Shown here: positions 1-10,254 of the stretch, in pieces | How positions within the stretch are numbered: the first letter of the stretch is position 1 | Layout of the letters: each line of letters begins with the position of its first letter | Assembly: GCA_049860595.1 (NCBI GenBank) | Contig: CP187551.1 | Strand: one strand, 5' to 3' | Length of the DNA: 64,000 nucleotides | Source: Methanocaldococcus sp. 16A | Lineage (GTDB): Archaea > AGJL01 > Methanococci > Methanococcales > Methanocaldococcaceae | Program-made: the position numbers and the translations under genes | The notes under the pieces: generated by a model | Told to the model about the DNA's origin: nothing | The model's database searches: none | Seen by the model: only the letters and a program-made list of their open reading frames with translations

Positions 1-15
1 AAAGGTTAGATAGTT

Positions 16-459
16 ATGAAAGTTGTAGTTGGAGGAACATTTGATATTCTACATAAAGGTCATAAAGAACTTTTAAAATATGCAGCTTCTTTAGGAAAAT
101 TGACTGTAGGAATAACAACTGATGAGTTTGCCAAAAAATATAAAACACATGAAATAAATGACTTAAAAACAAGAATAGAAAATTTGAAAAATTTTTTAGA
201 TAGTATAAAAGCAGATTATAAAATTAAAATTATAAATGACGCTTATGGAGATGCAATAACTGAAGATTATGATGCTATAGTTGTTACTCAAGAAACATTA
301 AAAAATGCTGAGAAAATAAATGAAATTAGAAAACTTAGAGGATTACAACCATTAAAAATTATTGTTTTTAAGCATATAATGGCAGAAAATGGAAAACCGA
401 TATCTACAACAAGGATTAGGAAGGGAGAGATAGATGAAGAAGGGAAATTAGTAAAATAG
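16..459 (+). CDS. coaD: Phosphopantetheine adenylyltransferase (archaeal)
   Basis: [11 protein letters not shown] nucleotidyltransferase HxGH motif and C-terminal ISTTRIR; 147 aa. Confidence 0.9.
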   Translation: MKVVVGGTFDILHKGHKELLKYAASLGKLTVGITTDEFAKKYKTHEINDLKTRIENLKNFLDSIKADYKIKIINDAYGDAITEDYDAIVVTQETLKNAEKINEIRKLRGLQPLKIIVFKHIMAENGKPISTTRIRKGEIDEEGKLVK

Positions 460-479
460 CTAAATATATATGTGATATT

Positions 480-1394
480 ATGGATGTCGTTCTAATTGTT
501 TTAATTTTAGTTTTAGTAGGATATTTTTCAAAGGTATTTGAAATTTTAAGAGAAGAGCATGCAAAAATTTTAAACAATATCGTTATCTATATAGCTATGC
601 CCTCAACGATATTTTTAACTATATTAAAAAATGTCTCTTCTTCTCAAATATTGGAGTTTTTAAAGCTTCCAGTGGTTATTTTTCTATCTTGCTTATTTGT
701 TGGAATTTTAGCTTATTTTCTTGGAAAACATATTTTTAAACTAAAAGATGAGAAGCTTGGTGGGTTAATATTAGTTTCAATGCTTGGAAATACTGGATTT
801 TTAGGATATCCTGTAACTTTGGGAATGTTTGGTGAAAGTGGTTTAGCAAGAGCAATATTTTGCGATTTAGGTGGGGTTTTTGCTACAATGCTATTAGGAA
901 CTTATGTTGGAATAAAGTTTGGAAAGAGTAAAAATAAAAATATTTTAAAAGAGATGGCTAAATTCCCTCCTTTAATAACAGGAATTTTTACAATATTATT
1001 AGTATTTTTTGGTTTTAGGTTAGAATATATTCCAAATTTTCTCTTAAAATCTTTAAATTATCTGTCTTCAGCAACAGTTCCATTGATTATGATGTCTTTG
1101 GGTTTATCTCTCTCACCAAAAGCTTTAAAGTTTGGAGTTTTTTGGGGTATTGTAGCTTCTATATTTAGGTTTATTGTATCCCCAGCAACTGCCTTTACAT
1201 TATCTGAACTAATCAATATAAAGGGATTAGATAAAAATGTTTTATTGGTTGAGAGTTCTATGCCTTCAGCAATGATGAGCCTTGTTTTAGGAACGTTGTA
1301 TGAGTTAGATGTTAAATTGATAGCTTCATCTATATTTATTACAACAACTCTATCTCTAATAGTTATAGCCATCTGGGGATGGATTTTTAGCTAA
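480..1394 (+). CDS. AEC (auxin efflux carrier) family transporter
   Basis: About 10 TM helices, GNTGFLGYP and MPSA motifs. Confidence 0.85.
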   Translation: MDVVLIVLILVLVGYFSKVFEILREEHAKILNNIVIYIAMPSTIFLTILKNVSSSQILEFLKLPVVIFLSCLFVGILAYFLGKHIFKLKDEKLGGLILVSMLGNTGFLGYPVTLGMFGESGLARAIFCDLGGVFATMLLGTYVGIKFGKSKNKNILKEMAKFPPLITGIFTILLVFFGFRLEYIPNFLLKSLNYLSSATVPLIMMSLGLSLSPKALKFGVFWGIVASIFRFIVSPATAFTLSELINIKGLDKNVLLVESSMPSAMMSLVLGTLYELDVKLIASSIFITTTLSLIVIAIWGWIFS

Positions 1395-1527
1395 AAATTT
1401 ATAAAAATAACTAAATTTATATATAATAAAGATATTAGAAAATACTGTCAAATTGTTTATTTATTTTTTGACTAAATTTCTATTATTTATATTTATTGTC
1501 TTTATTTGCTTGGTAGAGGGAGTAGAA

Positions 1528-2589
1528 ATGCCAGGAGAAAAAGTAAAAAATTATCTTGTTCTTGTTGTTGATATTGATGACGATATTGGGAGAAAAGCTG
1601 GCTTAAATACACCAATTTTGGGAAGAGATGAAAATATAAAGGCATTGATAAAATTGGGTTTGGCAGACCCTGGAGATAGTGATGTTAATGCAATTCTTGG
1701 GGGAGTTAAGATTTATGATGAGTTAAAAGCCAGTGGAAAAGATGTAGAAATAGCTATAATTTCTGGAGATGTTGATGTTGAATCAGAGAAGTGTGCTTTA
1801 AGATTAAAGGAGCAGATAGACTTTCTATTATATTTGTATAATCCAGATTTTATTTATTTGGTCTCTGATGGAAAAGAGGATGAAATGATTTTAAAATACT
1901 TAGAATCAAAAAATGTTTTTGTTTGGAAAAAGAGAGTTGTTGTTAAACAGAGTGAAACCTTAGAATCCACCTACTATTTGATTCAGGAATTTATAAAAAA
2001 GACTATGGAAGAATACATCCCTTTAATTTTAACATTTACAGGTTTTTCTTTGATATTATATGCGATATTTGCAGATATTGGATGGAGGATTGTTGTTGGA
2101 ATTATTGGATTGTATATATTATCAGAGGGTGTTGGTGTTAGAAAGTTATTGGCTGAAAAAATTAAAAATAAAGAAGAGTTTTCTGTGGGAAGAGTTTTTC
2201 CAATCTCAGCAACTATATCTCTGTTTATATTAATTATTGGACTTACATACTCAATAAGCTCAACTCATCAATTAACAACACTGAATGAGTTTATAGGAAA
2301 ATTTTTACTGCATTTTGTGGATTCTATGGTTTTAGCTTTGTTAATTTTAATGGTTGGAAAGTTTGTAGATAATGTTATACATTCTGAACAAAGAATCTTA
2401 GAAATCTTTAAAAAATATTTTTTCTATTTGATATGTATATTCATTACAAGAGAACTAATCATTACTGGTGGAAACTATTTGTTGGGAGAAATTGGATTTA
2501 TAACGTTTGTTATGTATGTTATAATCTATATATCTATTGCAATTATCCTCTCCGTCATATTATTTACTAAAAGTTCAGACGAGGACTAA
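1528..2589 (+). CDS. DUF373 family membrane protein
   Basis: LVLVVDIDDDIG...LGLADPGDSDVNAI motif; ATG at 1528 preferred (GAGGGG RBS upstream). Confidence 0.8.
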   Translation: MPGEKVKNYLVLVVDIDDDIGRKAGLNTPILGRDENIKALIKLGLADPGDSDVNAILGGVKIYDELKASGKDVEIAIISGDVDVESEKCALRLKEQIDFLLYLYNPDFIYLVSDGKEDEMILKYLESKNVFVWKKRVVVKQSETLESTYYLIQEFIKKTMEEYIPLILTFTGFSLILYAIFADIGWRIVVGIIGLYILSEGVGVRKLLAEKIKNKEEFSVGRVFPISATISLFILIIGLTYSISSTHQLTTLNEFIGKFLLHFVDSMVLALLILMVGKFVDNVIHSEQRILEIFKKYFFYLICIFITRELIITGGNYLLGEIGFITFVMYVIIYISIAIILSVILFTKSSDED

Positions 2590-2595
2590 ATTTAA

Positions 2596-2709
2596 TTATA
2601 GTTTTGTGCAAAAGTTTTTATAATAAATAAGGCATTAATGAATGTCTTCCTTTTGGAAGACATTCAAATTTTCCTTATAAAGTTTAGTTTATTTTGCACA
2701 AAACTATAA
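2596..2709. mobile_element. Palindromic MITE-like element, family B, copy 1
   Basis: Perfect 18-bp terminal inverted repeat TTATAGTTTTGTGCAAAA, central 12-bp hairpin TGAATGTCTTCC-TTTT-GGAAGACATTCA; near-identical copy at 42844-42957. Confidence 0.85.
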
Positions 2710-2727
2710 ACATTACAAAGGGCTAAT

Positions 2728-3681
2728 ATGATTACAGTCATTGCTATAACTAAGGATGGTAGTATTGTTGAGCCAAAATTTGATGATGTTAGTTTTGAAG
2801 ATTATAAACTTATTTGGATTGATAGTTATGACCCAAAAGATGAAGAGCTATATAAACTCTCTAAAAAAATTGGTATTTCTGTCTCTGATTTACAAATTGG
2901 TTTAGATGAACAGGAAATTCCAAGGGTAGAGGAAGATGAAGAATTTTATTTAATTATATATAAAGCTCCATTATTTGAGGAAGATATTACAACAACATCT
3001 CTTGGTATCTATATTAAAGATAATGTATTGCTAACAATTCACTCAGATAAAATAAAGGCGATTGGAAGATTACATAAATTGATATTAACAAAAAAGCCAA
3101 GGGTTATGTTTGAGAGAGGAATTGGCTTTTTGTTATATCATATACTAAATGAGATTACAAGAAGTTATTCAAGAATTTTAATTGGATTAGAGGATGAGTT
3201 AGAGGAGTTGGAGGATAGATTATTGGTTGGATATGATAGGGAAGTTATGGAAGGTATATTAAGTTTAAGAAAGACTTTAGTTTATTTTCACAAATCTTTG
3301 ATAGCTAATAGAGACGTTTTAGTTTTGTTAAAGAGGAAATATCTTCCAATAACAACAAGAGAAGATAGAGAAAACTTTGAAGATCTATACTATGACACTT
3401 TACAGTTGATTGATATGTCAGCAACTTATAGAGAGGTTTTGACATCAATGATGGATATAACTCTTTCATTAGAAAATATAAAAATGAACCAAATTATGAA
3501 GATACTAACTATGGTTACAACAATTTTCGCTGTTCCTATGTGGATTACGGGAATATATGGGATGAATTTCTCTTATTTACCTTTAGCAAGCAATCCTCAG
3601 GGTTTCTGGCTTGTAATGGCTTTGATGGTTATTACGATAATAACATTTGTCTATATATTCAGAAAGTCAGGATGGATTTAG
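2728..3681 (+). CDS. corA: Magnesium/cobalt transporter CorA
   Basis: YGMNF signature, two C-terminal TM helices. Confidence 0.95.
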   Translation: MITVIAITKDGSIVEPKFDDVSFEDYKLIWIDSYDPKDEELYKLSKKIGISVSDLQIGLDEQEIPRVEEDEEFYLIIYKAPLFEEDITTTSLGIYIKDNVLLTIHSDKIKAIGRLHKLILTKKPRVMFERGIGFLLYHILNEITRSYSRILIGLEDELEELEDRLLVGYDREVMEGILSLRKTLVYFHKSLIANRDVLVLLKRKYLPITTREDRENFEDLYYDTLQLIDMSATYREVLTSMMDITLSLENIKMNQIMKILTMVTTIFAVPMWITGIYGMNFSYLPLASNPQGFWLVMALMVITIITFVYIFRKSGWI

Positions 3682-3687
3682 AGGGAG

Positions 3688-3960
3688 ATGATGATTATTT
3701 GGCCAGCATACATTGACAAAAATAAAAGTAGGAGAGAGGGACGAAGAGTTCCAGAAGATTTAGCTATAGAAAATCCAAATTTAAGAGATATTGAGAAAGC
3801 ATTAAAAAAACTTGGGTTAGAACCAAAGATTCATAGAGAAAAGAGATATCCAAGACAACATTGGGAGATATGTGGATGTGTGGAAGTTGATTATAAAGGA
3901 AATAAACTGCAACTGTTAAAAGAGATTTGCAAAATAATAAAAGAAAAGAATAAAAAATAA
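3688..3960 (+). CDS. srp19: Signal recognition particle protein SRP19
   Basis: IIWPAYID..KSRREGRRVP motif. Confidence 0.95.
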   Translation: MMIIWPAYIDKNKSRREGRRVPEDLAIENPNLRDIEKALKKLGLEPKIHREKRYPRQHWEICGCVEVDYKGNKLQLLKEICKIIKEKNKK

Positions 3961-3972
3961 AAGGAGAATTAC

Positions 3973-4806
3973 TTATTGTGGTTTTTCCATTAATGCTTTT
4001 TTACTTAATCTCTTTCCATCTGTACTGTGTGGTTTTCTGCTAACGGCATCCATTGCTTTCTCCAATTCTCTAGCTTCATCTACCAATTTGGCAGCATATC
4101 TAAGCATTTCATGAGCAGAGGCGACAATTGGAATATATTTCTCTGCCTCTTTTGTCATAAAGCATCCTTTAACATCAACATCCCCAACCTTTTCAGCAAT
4201 AACAAAGGCAGCCATTGCCTTTACCTTTGCGTAAGGGTTGGTGAATTCCATTGCCTCAACAGCTTTTTCTTCATTAATTACAATTCTTGGAAGCTCTGGC
4301 TCTTTACCTTCTTTAATTGCATCAATAACCTTGTCAATAGCCTCCTGGACAATTCTTAAAGCTCCAGTACCTGCTACAACTCTTATAATATCAGCATTAA
4401 ATAATGCCATTTCAACAGGGTCTAAGAATTCTCTTCTTGCACCAATCATTGGGTCACATTTTACAATTATATATCCTAATCCCTGCTGTTCCATCTCGTC
4501 TTTAACTCTTAAACCTGGAGCATCACCAATAATTATTGTAGGAATTCCAGATTTACTTAAAATTTCTCTTGCCTTCTTTGGACCAGGAGCAGCTGGGTTT
4601 GGCCCAACATAAATAATAAAATCAGGTTTAATGTCTTCAACCATCTTTTTAGTAACTTCTTCAACTGATTCTGGGTCCATTTTAGCCCCACTACCTAAAA
4701 TTCTAACTGCTATATCTTTTCTATCTGCTCTCTCATCCAATGCCAAATCAATAACTGGAGAGACCCCAATATTACCACACTTTATTATTCCTATTTTTAC
4801 TACCAA
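3973..4806 (-). CDS. mtd: F420-dependent methylene-H4MPT dehydrogenase
   Basis: VVKIGIIKCGNIG, LDERADR, GSGAKM, MIGARREFLDP; TTG start at 4806 with GGTGA RBS gives 277 aa. Confidence 0.95.
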   Translation of the reverse strand: MVVKIGIIKCGNIGVSPVIDLALDERADRKDIAVRILGSGAKMDPESVEEVTKKMVEDIKPDFIIYVGPNPAAPGPKKAREILSKSGIPTIIIGDAPGLRVKDEMEQQGLGYIIVKCDPMIGARREFLDPVEMALFNADIIRVVAGTGALRIVQEAIDKVIDAIKEGKEPELPRIVINEEKAVEAMEFTNPYAKVKAMAAFVIAEKVGDVDVKGCFMTKEAEKYIPIVASAHEMLRYAAKLVDEARELEKAMDAVSRKPHSTDGKRLSKKALMEKPQ

Positions 4807-5088
4807 AATATCACCATTTTTAATACTTAATATGCATATTAGTATTATCAACACTAAGTCCAATAAATATTTTACTAATTATTTAGAGTATTCCTTTAAT
4901 ATAAATATTTTTTGGAACTTATTATTAAAAAATAATAACTATTAGCTTAATTAATATCCAATATTAGAAATCTTAATATGATTGACATTCGCTAAGCTAA
5001 AAAAATACAAAAAATACAATGTACAATATATATAAAATAATAAGAATATTAAAAATTAAAATAAGAAATACCTAACTTGGTGTATTTT

Positions 5089-5785
5089 ATGGATGTAATT
5101 CCAATATTTATTGCAATTTTAAGCTTTATTGTTATGTGTATTGGAGAAATTTTAGCATATTGCTCTGTATCTCTAAAAATATAAATATGAATTTGAAGCA
5201 ATTTCTTTTGGGTTTATATTTGGAGTTGCAACTCTAATACTAATTCCAAAATCATATTCTGATATGTTTGTATTGTATGTAATTTTTGGGATGATAACTG
5301 TTTATCTTATTGAAAGATATCTTGCATATTGTCCATTATCAAAAAAATACTGTGTAGAGTGTGATAACTTAGAAGGAGAGCTTAAAATTAAATTTATTTA
5401 TCCAATATCATTCTTTATCCATACGTTTATAGATGGGTTGATAATTGCTGTCTCTTATATAAGTGAGATAGGGCTTCCTCTGTATCTTGCTATATTGATG
5501 CATAAACTCCCAGCTGGATTTGTTTTAATTTCTCCATTAAAAGGAGTTTATAAAAATCCTCTCTATCCAGGGGTTATTGTGTCATTTGGAACTGTTCTTG
5601 GGACAATAGTGGGATTGATGACTTTAAAGGATGTACCTACAAAGATATTGTTAGCATTTTCTGGAGGAGTGTTTTTAGGAGCATTTCTTATGCTTGCTCC
5701 CCATATCTATGAGCATAAAGAGGAAAAAACGTTCTTATATGTTCTATTAGGATATATATTGGTTGGAATCATCGCATTGCATTAA
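5089..5785 (+). pseudogene. ZIP family metal transporter, frameshifted (or sequencing error)
   Basis: ATG 5089 (MDVIPIFIAIL...) stops after an A5 run at 5175-5179; removing one A joins it in frame to the 5264-5785 ORF with HTFIDG and HKLPAG ZIP motifs. Confidence 0.75.
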
Positions 5786-5935
5786 GTACAATAGGATTTT
5801 TGTAGAAATAAATTTTTAAAGTAATAATAGGTTGAATGCAGAAATATAATTTATTTGAATATATTAGGACAAACGTATAAGTATTATTACCAAATACTAT
5901 TTCTGAAGCTAAAATTATCTTTTGGGGTGTCTATC

Positions 5936-7141
5936 TTGAAGAAATATAAAGACATGTATCCAGATGAAAATGGAAAATTTGGTATATATGGAGGTAAATT
6001 CGTTCCAGAAACATTAGTTCCAGCTATAACTGAATTAGAAGAGGCATTTAAAAGATTTTGGATAAACAATGAAGGAAACTTTAGAGAGGAGTATTATGCT
6101 TTATTGAGGGATTATGTTGGAAGACCTACTCCATTATACTATGCTGAAAGATTGAGTGAAGAGCTTGGCTGTAAAGTTTATTTAAAGAGAGAGGATTTAG
6201 CTCATTTAGGAGCTCATAAAATAAATAACGCTTTAGGACAAGCTTTATTAGCTAAAAAAATGGGTAAGAAGAGAGTCATAGCAGAAACAGGAGCTGGGCA
6301 GCATGGAGTTGCTACTGCAGCAGCATGTGCTAAGCTTGGGTTGGAATGCATAATATATATGGGAGCTAAGGATGTTGAAAGGCAAAAGTTGAATGTTTTT
6401 AGGATGGAGTTGATGGGAGCTAAAGTAGTTCCTGTATTTGGTGGCTCACAGACATTAAAAGATGCTGTAAATGAAGCTTTAAGGGATTGGACAACTAATG
6501 TTAGAACAACTTATTATTTGCTTGGTTCTGCTTTAGGTCCTCATCCATATCCAATGATGGTTAGAGAGTTTCAAAGAGTTATAGGTAAAGAGATTAGAGA
6601 GCAAATATTAGAGAAAGAGGGAAGATTGCCAGATGTTATTATTGCATGTGTTGGAGGAGGAAGTAATGCTATAGGAGCATTTTACGAGTTTTTAGATGAT
6701 GATGTTGAACTCTATGCTGTTGAAGCTGGAGGAAAAGGAATTGAAACAGGAATGCATGGAGCTTCATTATGTGCTGGAGAAGTTGGAGTTTTACATGGGG
6801 CTAAGATTTATGTTAAAGAGGATGAGTTTGGGCAGATAGAAGAAAGTTACAGTATTTCTGCTGGATTGGATTATCCTGGAGTAGGGCCTGAGCTTTCATT
6901 TTTAAAGGATGAAGGAAGAATTAAGGCAGTTTATGTAACAGATGACGAAGCTTTAGAGGCATTTCAATTACTTTGTAGGTTAGAGGGAATCTTGCCAGCA
7001 TTAGAAAGCTCTCATGCATTAGCTTATGCTGTTAAATTGGCTGATAAGTTGGATAAAGATGATGTAATGGTTATAAATCTGTCTGGTAGAGGAGATAAGG
7101 ATGTTCAGACAGTTGCTAAAGCTTTAGGGAGGGAGATTTAA
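5936..7141 (+). CDS. trpB: Tryptophan synthase beta chain
   Basis: [19 protein letters not shown] motif, [18 protein letters not shown]; TTG start at 5936 after GGGGTG. Confidence 0.97.
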   Translation: MKKYKDMYPDENGKFGIYGGKFVPETLVPAITELEEAFKRFWINNEGNFREEYYALLRDYVGRPTPLYYAERLSEELGCKVYLKREDLAHLGAHKINNALGQALLAKKMGKKRVIAETGAGQHGVATAAACAKLGLECIIYMGAKDVERQKLNVFRMELMGAKVVPVFGGSQTLKDAVNEALRDWTTNVRTTYYLLGSALGPHPYPMMVREFQRVIGKEIREQILEKEGRLPDVIIACVGGGSNAIGAFYEFLDDDVELYAVEAGGKGIETGMHGASLCAGEVGVLHGAKIYVKEDEFGQIEESYSISAGLDYPGVGPELSFLKDEGRIKAVYVTDDEALEAFQLLCRLEGILPALESSHALAYAVKLADKLDKDDVMVINLSGRGDKDVQTVAKALGREI

Positions 7142-7186
7142 AAAATACATAGCTTATTATTTTATTAAAAGTTTCGAGGGAGGATT

Positions 7187-8026
7187 ATGAAATTATCAGA
7201 AAAATTTGAAGAGTTAAAAAACAAAGGAGAAAAGGCATTTGTTGCATTTTATGTTGGAGGAGACCCAAACTTAGAGATTTCAGAAAAGGCGTTAGAAGTT
7301 ATTTGTAAACATGCAGATATTGTTGAGATAGGTATTCCATTTTCTGACCCTGTTGCAGATGGAATTACAATACAAAAAGCAGATGATAGAGCTTTAAACA
7401 GTGGGATGAATCCTTTAAAAGCATTTGAATTAGCTAAAAAATTGAATAAGAAGTTTCCAAACACTCCAAAGGTGTTTTTAACTTATTATAATATTATATT
7501 TAAAATGGGTGAGGAAGAGTTTGTTAAAAAATGTAAAGAGGTTGGAATTGCAGGGATTATAGTTCCTGATTTACCAATTGAGGAAGCAGATAGCTTATAC
7601 AATTACTGTAAAAAGTATGAGGTTGATTTAATATTTTTGGTTGCACCAACAACACCAGACGATAGGCTTAAAAAAATTTTAGAGAAGTGTAGGGGATTTG
7701 TTTATGTTGTTTCTGTAACTGGAATTACCGGAGCAAGAGAAAAAGTAGCTGAAGAGACAAAAGAGCTGATTAGAAGAGTTAAAAAGTTTTCAAAAATCCC
7801 TGCCTGTGTAGGATTTGGAATATCAAAGAGAGAGCATGTTGAAGAAATAACTGAGATAGCAGATGGAGCTATTGTAGGTAGTGCGATTGTTAAGATTGTT
7901 GAGAAACATTTAGATGAAAATAACAAAATAAAAGATGAAAAGAAATTCCTAAAAGAATTGGAAGAGTTTGTTAAAAATCTAAAGGAAGGGACTAAAAAAA
8001 AGGTTAAGGTAGCTATAAAAAATTAA
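7187..8026 (+). CDS. trpA: Tryptophan synthase alpha chain
   Basis: EIGIPFSDPVADG, GFGIS, ADGAIVGSA. Confidence 0.97.
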   Translation: MKLSEKFEELKNKGEKAFVAFYVGGDPNLEISEKALEVICKHADIVEIGIPFSDPVADGITIQKADDRALNSGMNPLKAFELAKKLNKKFPNTPKVFLTYYNIIFKMGEEEFVKKCKEVGIAGIIVPDLPIEEADSLYNYCKKYEVDLIFLVAPTTPDDRLKKILEKCRGFVYVVSVTGITGAREKVAEETKELIRRVKKFSKIPACVGFGISKREHVEEITEIADGAIVGSAIVKIVEKHLDENNKIKDEKKFLKELEEFVKNLKEGTKKKVKVAIKN

Positions 8027-8196
8027 CAAAAAATTTAAATATAAAAATATTTCTATAAAATAATAAAAGTAAAAAATAAATATGAGAAAGAAATATTTCT
8101 AAGGATGCATCACAGTTATCTCTATCTCACGTAGTCTCTTTTTTTAATTTTATTGTTTTTATAGTATTTAAATAAAACTGTAAGGGAGGAGTAACC

Positions 8197-8433
8197 TTGA
8201 AGGTCACAGACCATATATTGGTGCCAAAGCATGAAATAGTTCCTAAAGAAGAAGTTGAAGAGATTTTAAGGAGATATAATATAAAGATTCAGCAACTACC
8301 AAAAATTTATGAAGATGACCCTGTTATTCAAGAGATTGGTGCTAAAGAGGGGGATGTTATTAGAATAATTAGAAAAAGTCCAACAGCAGGAGTTAGTGTA
8401 GCTTATAGATTAGTTATTAAACGAATTATTTAA
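8197..8433 (+). CDS. rpoH: RNA polymerase subunit H (Rpo5)
   Basis: HILVPKHEI, QLPKI..DDP, RKSPTAG. Confidence 0.97.
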   Translation: MKVTDHILVPKHEIVPKEEVEEILRRYNIKIQQLPKIYEDDPVIQEIGAKEGDVIRIIRKSPTAGVSVAYRLVIKRII

Positions 8434-8436
8434 AAA

Positions 8437-8640
8437 GAAACTTTTAGAAAAAGTTTCATCAAAAATTTTGGGGTATACCAATAGGGGCGTAGCCCCTATG
8501 GTTCGGGATACCCTTGGGGAGTATAGCAATAGAGGGGCATAGCCCCTCTATGCGGGTAGAGCAATAGGGGGTGAAACCCCCTATGGTTAGGAAAAGTTTC
8601 ATCAAAACGGATGCATTATTTAAGCTCTTAAATAATGCCT
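8437..8640. repeat. GC-rich three-hairpin REP-like cassette flanked by 16-bp direct repeats, plus trailing hairpin; possible ncRNA
   Basis: Units GTATACCAATAGGGGC-GTA-GCCCCTATGGT, GTATAGCAATAGAGGGGC-ATA-GCCCCTCTATGC and GTAGAGCAATAGGGGGT-GAA-ACCCCCTATGG; AAAAGTTTCATCAAAA at 8449-8464 and 8592-8607; hairpin GCATTATTTAAG-CT-CTTAAATAATGC at 8613-8638. Confidence 0.8.
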
Positions 8641-8670
8641 TGATTATCTTAAAAAATATAGGTGGCAATT

Positions 8671-10164
8671 ATGAGAGAATTAGTAGATGCTTATTTTAAA
8701 GAACATGGTTTAATAGACCACCAGATAGAGTCATATAACGATTTTGTAGAAAATAGATTACAAAAAATTATTGATGAAGTTGGTTATATTGAGACAGAGA
8801 TTTCTGGCGGGTATAAAGTTAAATTAGGAAAAATTAAAGTAGGGAAACCGGTTATTAAAGAAGCTGATGGTTCAATAAGACCAATAACTCCAATGGAGGC
8901 AAGAATTAGAGATTTAACATATTCAGTTCCTTTATATTTAGAAATGACTCCTATTATTGGTGAAGGAGAAAATGCGAGAGAAGGAGATACAGTTGAGGTT
9001 TATATTGGAGAACTTCCAGTAATGCTTGGCTCTAAGATTTGCCACTTGTATGGAAAATCAAGAGAGGAACTTATAGAGCTTGGAGAAGACCCTGAAGACC
9101 CATTTGGCTATTTTATAATTAATGGTACTGAGAAAGTTTTGATTACTCAAGAAGATTTAATTCCAAATAGAATTTTGTGTGAGAAAGCAGAGAGAAGTGG
9201 AAAGATTGTAGATGTTGCAAAAGTATTTTCAACAAGACATGGATTTAGAGCTCTATGTACAGTTGAGAGACATCCTGATGGTTTATTGTATGCTACATTC
9301 CCTGGAATGCCTGGGCAGATTCCATTGGTTATATTAATGAAAGCACTTGGGGCTGAGACAGATAAAGACATTATTGAGGCAATTAATGATGAAAGATTCT
9401 TTATGGAGATTGTTTTAAATATCCAAGAGATTAGGGAAGAGCACAATATAAACACTCCTGAAGAAGCTTTAGAATTTATTGGAAAAAGAGTGGCTCCAGG
9501 TCAGGCAAAAGATTATAGATTAAAGAGAGCAGAAACAGTTTTATGTAACTATCTATTGCCTCATTTGGGAGTTACAAAAGAAGATTTCCCAAAGAAAATT
9601 AGATTCTTAGGAATAATGGCAAGAAACGCTTTAGAACTTTACTTTGGATATAGAGGAGAGGATGATAAAGACCATTACGCATATAAAAGAGCTAAATTGG
9701 CTGGAGATTTGATGGAAGATTTGTTCAGATATGCTTTCAGCCAACTTGTTAAGGATATTAAATATCAATTAGAAAGGCAGACATTAAGGAATAAAACACC
9801 ATCAATTCAAGCAGCTGTAAGAAGCGATATATTAACTGAAAGAATTAAGCATGCTATGGCAACAGGAACATGGGTTGGAGGAAAAACTGGGGTTAGTCAG
9901 CTTTTAGATAGAACAAGTTACTTGGCAACAAATTCCCAATTGAGAAGAATTGTCTCACCATTATCAAGGTCACAGCCACACTTTGAGGCAAGAGAGTTGC
10001 ATGGAACTCATTGGGGTAAAATCTGTCCATCAGAAACTCCAGAAGGACCAAACTGTGGTCTTGTTAAAAACTTTGCTATAATGTGTAAGGTTACAAGAGA
10101 AGAAGAGGATAGTAAAGTTATTGAGCTATTAAAATCATTTGGAATTAATGAGTATCAATCATAA
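8671..10164 (+). CDS. rpoB2: RNA polymerase subunit B'' (Rpo2N)
   Basis: GYFIINGTEKVL, DDKDHY, ETPEGPNCGLVKN. Confidence 0.97.
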   Translation: MRELVDAYFKEHGLIDHQIESYNDFVENRLQKIIDEVGYIETEISGGYKVKLGKIKVGKPVIKEADGSIRPITPMEARIRDLTYSVPLYLEMTPIIGEGENAREGDTVEVYIGELPVMLGSKICHLYGKSREELIELGEDPEDPFGYFIINGTEKVLITQEDLIPNRILCEKAERSGKIVDVAKVFSTRHGFRALCTVERHPDGLLYATFPGMPGQIPLVILMKALGAETDKDIIEAINDERFFMEIVLNIQEIREEHNINTPEEALEFIGKRVAPGQAKDYRLKRAETVLCNYLLPHLGVTKEDFPKKIRFLGIMARNALELYFGYRGEDDKDHYAYKRAKLAGDLMEDLFRYAFSQLVKDIKYQLERQTLRNKTPSIQAAVRSDILTERIKHAMATGTWVGGKTGVSQLLDRTSYLATNSQLRRIVSPLSRSQPHFEARELHGTHWGKICPSETPEGPNCGLVKNFAIMCKVTREEEDSKVIELLKSFGINEYQS

Positions 10165-10254
10165 TTAGGATTTTTATTATTACATTTTACATTTTTAGAT
10201 TTTTTAAATGTCTTAAAATCATAACTAATAAAAAATCATTCTTAGGTGAAAAAC

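Noticed and set aside
8470-8590. Possible mini CRISPR array
   Set aside because: Units vary in sequence and length, spacers are only a few to about 20 nt, and there is no leader or cas gene.
8459-8668. 69-aa minus-strand ORF
   Set aside because: It overlies the GC-rich hairpin cassette; the open frame is explained by GC content and has no RBS or protein motif.
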